From: an uncultured Deinococcales bacterium
GTDB taxonomy: Bacteria; Deinococcota; Deinococci; Deinococcales; JAAFIG01
DNA: 12,696 bases
NCBI GenBank assembly: GCA_964247135.1
Contig: CAXTTL010000074.1
Location: 6,829-19,524, forward strand
Direction of reading: 5' to 3'
The position numbers and the translations under genes were made by a program. Positions 6,875-12,696 of the stretch are shown here, in pieces; position 1 is the stretch's first letter; every line of letters starts with the position of its first letter. The notes beneath the pieces were generated by a model, which saw only the letters and a list, made by a program, of their open reading frames with translations, was not told where the DNA came from and made no database searches.

Positions 6875-7144
6875 ATGAATTTTCTCGAGCGCGGTTTGGA
6901 CATTATCAATGAATTCAAATTGAATTCTGATGTCCCCAGCCGTGCTTTTAACTTGAGCAAAGAAGTGTTGAAAAGCACGAATTACAGTTTGAGTTCGTGC
7001 ACACCAACCAAAAATCTCGAATCGGAGTTGGGCGATGAGATGTTTTCATTACTGGTGTTCGCCTCGAGTTTAAATCTGGATTTGGCTGTTGCCCTCGAGA
7101 AATCCTTGCGAAAAATGCGTGCTCGGGTTGAATATGGATTATGA
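6875..7144 (+). CDS. MazG-like (all-alpha NTP pyrophosphohydrolase) protein, possibly inactivated, 89 aa
   Basis: LSKEVLK ... LESELGDEMFSLLVFASSLNLDLAVALEKSLRKM matches the ExGD helix of the family. The first ExxE motif appears to be missing. Confidence 0.65.
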   Translation: MNFLERGLDIINEFKLNSDVPSRAFNLSKEVLKSTNYSLSSCTPTKNLESELGDEMFSLLVFASSLNLDLAVALEKSLRKMRARVEYGL

Positions 7145-7799
7145 AAAAATCGATTCAGACTCCTTGCTGAATATGCCATTCCTAAAGTTTGAAGATGATC
7201 AAAAAATTCCATTTTATGTTTGGAATTATGATTTAACCAAAAATGGTTGGGATTGGCGATTACCTCCACGCGCCATCGGCAACTTGCGAATGTCACGATT
7301 CAGAAATGTGCCATTGATTTCGATTGTCGCGTTGTTTGGGTGTGGTTCTGTCGCAGGTTTGTTTTTTGGTTTGATGCAATTTTTTCGCGGCGAGGTTCGG
7401 GTGGCACCACAACTCATGTGGCAGTTTTTCGGTTTATACCTATTTTGGATGCTGCTCGCCGTGGCTGCCCTGTGGGTACTATTGAGGACTGTAAAGAAAT
7501 TGCTCGAGCCTGTGGTGTGCTCTCTTGCCATAAATTCCGAGGGGGGTGAGATTGAGCTTGATGGTTTAAAACGCTTTTGGTCGTTTCGTCCTCAGCCAAT
7601 GGGAAGCATAATGATTCGAGACGTTCTCAATGTCAACCTTCACAAAAACGGTGCTGCTGAAGAAGAATTTGCATTGTGGCTCGAGTTGAAAAGTGGAAAA
7701 CGAATTTATTTGAGCGTTTACGATATGAAAAAAGAGGAAGCATCATTTTTAAAAATGTTGCTCGAGCGCGAGTTTAAAGCGAGTGAATCAAGGTTTTAA
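7134..7799 (+). CDS. Hypothetical membrane protein with two predicted TM helices, 221 aa
   Basis: ATG 7134 overlaps the previous gene. Hydrophobic runs VPLISIVALFGCGSVAGLFFGLMQFF and FFGLYLFWMLLAVAALWVLL. Confidence 0.7.
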   Translation: MDYEKIDSDSLLNMPFLKFEDDQKIPFYVWNYDLTKNGWDWRLPPRAIGNLRMSRFRNVPLISIVALFGCGSVAGLFFGLMQFFRGEVRVAPQLMWQFFGLYLFWMLLAVAALWVLLRTVKKLLEPVVCSLAINSEGGEIELDGLKRFWSFRPQPMGSIMIRDVLNVNLHKNGAAEEEFALWLELKSGKRIYLSVYDMKKEEASFLKMLLEREFKASESRF

Positions 7800-8746
7800 G
7801 AGTTTGGAACACTCGAGCGCAACGCCATGAAAGGCTCGAGTGGTTCGATTTGGTATTCACCTGCGTTGGCTGGCACAATCACCGTTTCAAACTTGCCCAA
7901 GGTCACTCGAGATTCGCCCAGCATCACCTCGGCGCGACCTTGCGTGAGGGTGATTGAATGAAAACTCGAGTTTTCGGTGTCGCAGACCATATCAATGTCC
8001 GTGCCGTGAATTTCCTCGAGTTGAAAGTATTCGCAGCTCACACGGGTTTCTACCGCCTTTTGAGCTTGCATAACGTGATGATTGATCTGACCTGTCAAGT
8101 TTGGATTGGTGACGGCAACGCTTTGCGCCAAGTGCAAGGCACGCCCAGCGCTGGCGGGTCGATTCCAATCCCAGACGCGGTAGGTCGTGTCGGAGGTTTG
8201 TTGCACCTCGTAAATCAAAAATCCTGGTCCGAGCGCGTGCAGTGTGCCTGCGGGCATCATGATGGTTGCCCCCGTTTCGACCACGTGCTTTTGTGAAACG
8301 CTTAAAATACTGCCGTCCCGAATGGCTGCCTCGAGTTCGGCGGGAGTTGTACCTGGTTTGACGCCGGCGATCAATTCCGCGCCAGGTACGGCATCCAGAA
8401 CGTGCCAAGCTTCGGTTTTGCCAAATTGACCTTTTCCCTCAAGTTTGATTGCCTGTTCGTCATTGGGGTGTACTTGAATGGAGAGCCAATCCGCGCAATC
8501 CAAAATTTTGATCAGCAACGGAAACCGTCTTCCAGTGCGCCCCATCACTCGAGCGCCAAGAAGTTCGGTGCCAAGTGTTCGGGCGACCTCCTCGAGCGTT
8601 TGCCCTGCGAAACTGCCACTTTTGATTTTGTTGCGTTCAAACACGAGCCAGGCTTCACCGTAAGGTTTGTGAGGGTCTGGCTTTAATTGTTGACCACCCC
8701 AGACGCGGTGGTGGTATTCGGGTACGACTTGTATGAGTTCAGGCAT
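7796..8746 (-). CDS. manA: Mannose-6-phosphate isomerase, class I (short ManA/YvyI type)
   Basis: Motifs [38 protein letters not shown] and [24 protein letters not shown] upstream. Confidence 0.93.
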   Translation of the reverse strand: MPELIQVVPEYHHRVWGGQQLKPDPHKPYGEAWLVFERNKIKSGSFAGQTLEEVARTLGTELLGARVMGRTGRRFPLLIKILDCADWLSIQVHPNDEQAIKLEGKGQFGKTEAWHVLDAVPGAELIAGVKPGTTPAELEAAIRDGSILSVSQKHVVETGATIMMPAGTLHALGPGFLIYEVQQTSDTTYRVWDWNRPASAGRALHLAQSVAVTNPNLTGQINHHVMQAQKAVETRVSCEYFQLEEIHGTDIDMVCDTENSSFHSITLTQGRAEVMLGESRVTLGKFETVIVPANAGEYQIEPLEPFMALRSSVPNS

Positions 8747-8794
8747 GGTTTATCCTTTTGAATGGTAATGAACTGCGTTTCCAGCCCCATAAGT

Positions 8795-11401
8795 CTAACC
8801 TGTATTTCGTAACCCTGCCGCAATGCCTTGGATACTCAGCAGCAATGCCCGTTCCAAATTGGCACGGTCGGGGTGATCGCTGGGCAGGGCGCGATACCGT
8901 TTCAGGAGTTCGACTTGGACGTGATGGACTGGGTCAACATAAGGGTTGCGCAATTCAATGCTTCGTTTCAAGCGCAGTTCTCGCTCGAGGATGTCCGTGC
9001 CGATGGCGTTTTTCACCAGTTGCACGGTGCGTTCAAACTCGAGTTTGATGCTTTCAAAAGTCTTGCTATCTTTGCCCAGGCTCGAGTACCGCGCAAAAAT
9101 GCCCATGTCGGTTTTGGCGAGGCTCATCTGGGCGTTGTCAAGTAAACTGCGGAAAAATCCCCATTCGCGGTACATTTCCTGCGCCAGACCTGGCTGAAAG
9201 TTCTCGATGGTGGCGAGTCCGGCGCCCAGTCCGTACCAGCCTGGAATATTGGCTCGCGTTTGGGTCCAAGCCATGACCCAAGGGATGGCGCGAAGATTCT
9301 CGAGCGTTGCCTTTCCAGGGCGGCGAACTGGACGCGAGGCAATTTTTAAGCCCGCGATTTCGTTGATCGGTGTGGCAGCCTCAAAGAACGCCAGGAAGTC
9401 TTTGGAAGTCACCAGGCTCGAGTACGCCTCGCTCGAGGCATTGGCGGCGCTCTGAAGGGCTGTGCGGTAGTGTTCTGGGTAGACCTTGGGTTGTTCGCTG
9501 GCTTTAAGCAGCAAGGCATGAAGCAGTTGCTCGAGGTTGCGTTTGGCGATGGCAGGGTTGGCGTAACGTTCACTCAATGCCTCGCCCTGTTCTGTGATGC
9601 GCAAACCGCGCCCGATGGTGCCTTCGGGTTGCGCCAGAATGCCCCTTGCGGCTGGACCGCCGCCGCGCCCGATGCTGGTGCCGCGACCATGAAAGAAGGT
9701 GTGCTCGACCCCAGCCGTCTCGAGGACTTTGGTCAGTTCCTCCTGAGCGCGGTACAACGCCCAGTTCGCCGCCAGAAAGCCCGCCTCTTTGTTGGAATCC
9801 GAATACCCGAGCATGATCTCCTGCGCTCGAGCGCCCAGTTTGGCGCGGTAAACGCGACTCGCCATCAGTTGCGTCACGATCTGCGGCGCATTCTCGAGGT
9901 CGTCGGGCGTTTCAAACAGCGGCGAGACATCGACGTTTGAGAGTCCCGCCTCACGCGCCAGAATCAACACCTCGAGGATGTCCGAAACGCTCTCGGCGTG
10001 GGAAATCACATAACGCCCAAACGCTTGATTGCCGTTTTCGATCATGGCGTCGCGCACCGCCTCGATAGGCTCGAGCGCCAGGGCAATGTTGTGTGATCGG
10101 CTTGCGCCGACGGGCAGCAACGGTCGGTCGGAAGCCAGTTCTCGCTCGAGCAAAGCGACCCGCTCAACCTCCGTCAGGCTTAAATATGCCCCGTGAGCGC
10201 CACCAACCGCCAGCAATTCTTGCACCGCAATTTCAAGATTTCCAGAGAATTCACGCACGTCCAAACTGACCAGATGCGTACCAAAGGTTTTGGCTCGAGC
10301 CAAGACTGGACGCGCAAAAACCCTTGCCGTGCGGTTTAAACCCGTTGCCTCGAGCGAATTGACCACCCGTTCGAGGACTGGAACGGCTTGGGGTTTCGGG
10401 TGCTCTCCCAGGCTGTCGTGCAGCGTTTCAATCTCGTTGCGCCAAGGTTCATCGTTCGTGCTCAGGTCGCGCCCGATGGTCACCCGAGCGCGGTGCCCAG
10501 ACGCTTGGGCAAAAAGTGTTTTTAAATTGGTTCGCAAATCCTCGGTGGCTCGAGCCGCATGGTACGCCAGGGTTTCGCGGGTGACTTGCGGGGTGACGTT
10601 GGGGTTGCCGTCACGGTCGCCGCCGATCCAAGAATAAAGCTTGAAGGGCAAGCTCAAGGTGCTGCGTTTGCCCAAAATGCCAACACCAAATTCGGCTTCG
10701 AGCGCCTCACGCAAATCAAACTCGAGCGCGGGCAGGGCGCTGGCAATATTGCCCAGGTACGCCAGACCACCCTGCACCTCGTCGCGCACGGTTGGGTTTC
10801 TCGAGTGCAACTCCAGGGTGCTCCAGAGTGCCTCGACCCGCGCCGAAATCCGATCAAGCACCACCTCGCGCAAGTCTTCACGCTCGAGGTCATTGAGATC
10901 ATTGCTGATGGCATCCAAATGCGCTCGAACTGTGCGGCGGCGCATTTCGGTCGGGTGCGCCGTGAAGGTCAAACCAAGCTCGAGCTTGGCGATCAAAGCC
11001 AAAATTTCTTTGACATCCAAACCTCGAGCCTTAAGCTGCCTCACCGTGTCGCGCAAACTTTGCTTGCGCGGCTCGTTGGTGCGCGGATCAATTCCAGGCT
11101 CGAACAGACCGTGCCGCCGAACGCGGTGACGTTCCTCTGCCAGGTTCACCAACCAAAAATAATGTGCGAACGCCCGCACCAGATTCTCGGCGTCGAACAA
11201 ACCCAAATTCGAGATCAGCGCCTCGAGTTTTACGACCAAATCCGTGTTCTCAGGCTCGAGACGAATGCGTTTGGTCAATTCGCGCACTTCCTCCTCGAGT
11301 TGATAAAAACGGTTCCCGACCTGTTCGCGCAAAATTGCGCCCAACACGTGTCCGAGGGCGTCCACGTCACGGGCGAGTGGGTCACGGGTTTCATTTTGCA
11401 T
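8795..11401 (-). CDS. ppc: Phosphoenolpyruvate carboxylase
   Basis: Motifs FTAHPTE, GGDRDGNP, PLFET, QEIMLGYSDSNK, FFHGRG, TEQGE, LRAIPW and the C-terminal RNTG. Confidence 0.97.
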   Translation of the reverse strand: MQNETRDPLARDVDALGHVLGAILREQVGNRFYQLEEEVRELTKRIRLEPENTDLVVKLEALISNLGLFDAENLVRAFAHYFWLVNLAEERHRVRRHGLFEPGIDPRTNEPRKQSLRDTVRQLKARGLDVKEILALIAKLELGLTFTAHPTEMRRRTVRAHLDAISNDLNDLEREDLREVVLDRISARVEALWSTLELHSRNPTVRDEVQGGLAYLGNIASALPALEFDLREALEAEFGVGILGKRSTLSLPFKLYSWIGGDRDGNPNVTPQVTRETLAYHAARATEDLRTNLKTLFAQASGHRARVTIGRDLSTNDEPWRNEIETLHDSLGEHPKPQAVPVLERVVNSLEATGLNRTARVFARPVLARAKTFGTHLVSLDVREFSGNLEIAVQELLAVGGAHGAYLSLTEVERVALLERELASDRPLLPVGASRSHNIALALEPIEAVRDAMIENGNQAFGRYVISHAESVSDILEVLILAREAGLSNVDVSPLFETPDDLENAPQIVTQLMASRVYRAKLGARAQEIMLGYSDSNKEAGFLAANWALYRAQEELTKVLETAGVEHTFFHGRGTSIGRGGGPAARGILAQPEGTIGRGLRITEQGEALSERYANPAIAKRNLEQLLHALLLKASEQPKVYPEHYRTALQSAANASSEAYSSLVTSKDFLAFFEAATPINEIAGLKIASRPVRRPGKATLENLRAIPWVMAWTQTRANIPGWYGLGAGLATIENFQPGLAQEMYREWGFFRSLLDNAQMSLAKTDMGIFARYSSLGKDSKTFESIKLEFERTVQLVKNAIGTDILERELRLKRSIELRNPYVDPVHHVQVELLKRYRALPSDHPDRANLERALLLSIQGIAAGLRNTG

Positions 11402-12203
11402 TGTTCACCCCTTGAAAAATTTCACCCTCGAGTTTGCCAACTTCATCGCCCTCGAGATAACTGTAACGCGCCATGCGGGTCACGACATTGTATGTCAAAT
11501 CGAATTCGACCGCGTTGAAAATGGACTTCCCCGGGGCAACCTCATTTTTTTGCGGTAACCCCGTCCTGAACTTGTAAATTGCGGCATCCAAACCCATGCC
11601 GATGCTCGAGTCCTGCGGACCGGTCATGCCAGAATCGGTTTGAAACGCCGTGCCTTGGGTTAAGAATCTGGTATCAGCCGTGGGAACGTGTGTGTGCGTG
11701 CCGATGAGCGCCGCGATTCGTCCGTCAAAATGCCAGGCGAAACACGCCTTTTCCGAGGTCGCCTCGGCATGAAAGTCCACGAACACCGCACCCAAATTGT
11801 CCTGCTCGAGAATTTCCTCGAGTGCCGCGAAGGGGTCATCTAAGGGGTTCATGAAAATCCGACCCAAAAAATTGGTGACTGTGATCCGTTCGCCATTGAC
11901 ATCAAAACTGGCTGCCCCGCGACCTGGCGCACCGCTCGGGTAATTTTTTGGACGCACAATCCTCGGGTCATCAATTAGACTTAAGACCTCACGGTTGTCC
12001 CAAGCATGGTTGCCCAAGGTTAGGCAATCGACGCCAGACTTTGTAATGCTCGAGAACGAATCTTTGTTCAGCCCAAAACCGCCAGCCGCGTTCTCCGCGT
12101 TGGCAATCACAAAATCGTATTTGCTTCTGATCGTCGGCAAATGGCTCGAGACGAGGTTTCGCCCGGGTTTGCCGAAAATGTCACCAATGAACAAAACCTT
12201 CAC
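11391..12203 (-). CDS. ymdB: YmdB/TIGR00282 family metallophosphoesterase
   Basis: Motifs LFIGDIFGKPG, NAENAAGG, TLGNHAWD, VDFHAEATSEK and GTHTHVPTAD. GTG start; overlaps ppc by 11 bp. Confidence 0.93.
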   Translation of the reverse strand: MKVLFIGDIFGKPGRNLVSSHLPTIRSKYDFVIANAENAAGGFGLNKDSFSSITKSGVDCLTLGNHAWDNREVLSLIDDPRIVRPKNYPSGAPGRGAASFDVNGERITVTNFLGRIFMNPLDDPFAALEEILEQDNLGAVFVDFHAEATSEKACFAWHFDGRIAALIGTHTHVPTADTRFLTQGTAFQTDSGMTGPQDSSIGMGLDAAIYKFRTGLPQKNEVAPGKSIFNAVEFDLTYNVVTRMARYSYLEGDEVGKLEGEIFQGVNNAK

Positions 12204-12209
12204 GGGTAC

Positions 12210-12215
12210 AGAATA
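12210..12215 (-). promoter_or_regulatory. Putative -10 box (TATTCT) of a leaderless ymdB transcript
   Basis: The minus strand reads TATTCT-GTACCC-GTG, a TAnnnT hexamer 6 nt before the start codon, with no SD. Confidence 0.6.
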
Positions 12216-12324
12216 ACCTGATGCTCGAGTTGCACGATTCCCGAACGTTTGTTCAGAAAATCGAAACTCGAGCTTGGAAGTTTGAAGGACTCAATTGTGA
12301 TTTGTGAAATGTAAGTACGACCAC

Positions 12325-12696
12325 CTAGTCGTTTCGTTTGTATACACGCACATCAGTCCCAAACTTTTCAAACCATTCTCGAATCGGTTCAATGATGCTT
12401 TGTCCAGGCAATTGATTCATCACTTCTGGTTGAGTCACTCCAGGTCGAATATTGAAATCGGTCGCCAGCAATTGATCTGTGCCGAATCGCATCAGGTCAA
12501 CCGCCCAAATCGGAAAATGAACCGCAGGAGTCCAACCATCTGCGCCAACCCGAGTTTCAATCTGTGGACTCCAGTTCGAGCGCCACTCGTCTCGAGAGCG
12601 AAAGCGCAGGTAAAACGTCTTCTTGCCTATTTTCAAAATGCGGTATGACACGCTGAACTCGAGTCCTTCGATGGGTGATTTTGGAATCCACCAGGA
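12325..12696 (-). CDS. Hypothetical protein, probably 5'-truncated by the window edge
   Basis: The frame of ORF 12325-12651 stays open to position 12696 (SWWIPKSPIEGLEFSV...). Same strand as ymdB-ppc-manA. No family recognised. Confidence 0.55.
   Translation of the reverse strand, partial: SWWIPKSPIEGLEFSVSYRILKIGKKTFYLRFRSRDEWRSNWSPQIETRVGADGWTPAVHFPIWAVDLMRFGTDQLLATDFNIRPGVTQPEVMNQLPGQSIIEPIREWFEKFGTDVRVYKRND

Larger units (their letters stand above)
425..12663. repeat. Dispersed highly iterated palindrome CTCGAG (about 102 copies)
   Basis: Hand count about 102, first copy at 425 and last at 12658, against about 3 expected at ~50% GC. Found in all three codon frames and in intergenic DNA (12224, 12267). 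Confidence 0.95.

Noticed and set aside
11421-11456. LEG...LEG mini-duplication in the YmdB C-terminal tail bounded by two CTCGAG
   Set aside because: Identity extends only about 2 bp beyond the hexamer, which is expected by chance at this site density.
10559-11518. 319-aa + strand ORF and other long antisense ORFs (5331-6119, 9470-9940)
   Set aside because: These are shadow frames opposite well-supported genes (ppc, the lys cluster) and show no recognisable motifs.
425-12663. CTCGAG excess as an XhoI cloning or concatemer artefact
   Set aside because: The sites lie inside intact conserved motifs in all frames without breaking ORFs, and the gene order is biologically coherent.

Overview
Bacterial chromosomal segment, probably Deinococcota (inferred from the Thermus-like lysT-lysU-lysV-lysW-lysX order, a Cys-free LysW and a leaderless-type promoter), with GC around 50%. 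The + strand (419-7799) is one tightly packed operon. It runs: two PhzF/DAP-epimerase-fold paralogues, an SSAT-type GNAT, an NTF2/DUF4440 protein, lysT, an AT-rich orphan, a RidA-like fragment, lysU, a lysV-like zinc ribbon, lysW, lysX, a degenerate MazG-like gene and a membrane protein. It converges on a - strand run of ymdB, ppc and manA. The most striking signal is the palindrome CTCGAG, about 102 copies by hand count (one per ~125 bp, about 30 times random expectation). It occurs in all three reading frames and between genes, like a HIP1-type highly iterated palindrome with a different sequence. Also present are two GTAG-type REP-like hairpins and a 36-bp tandem repeat that decays into a degenerate array at the left edge. 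All family assignments are from motif recognition; no searches were run.
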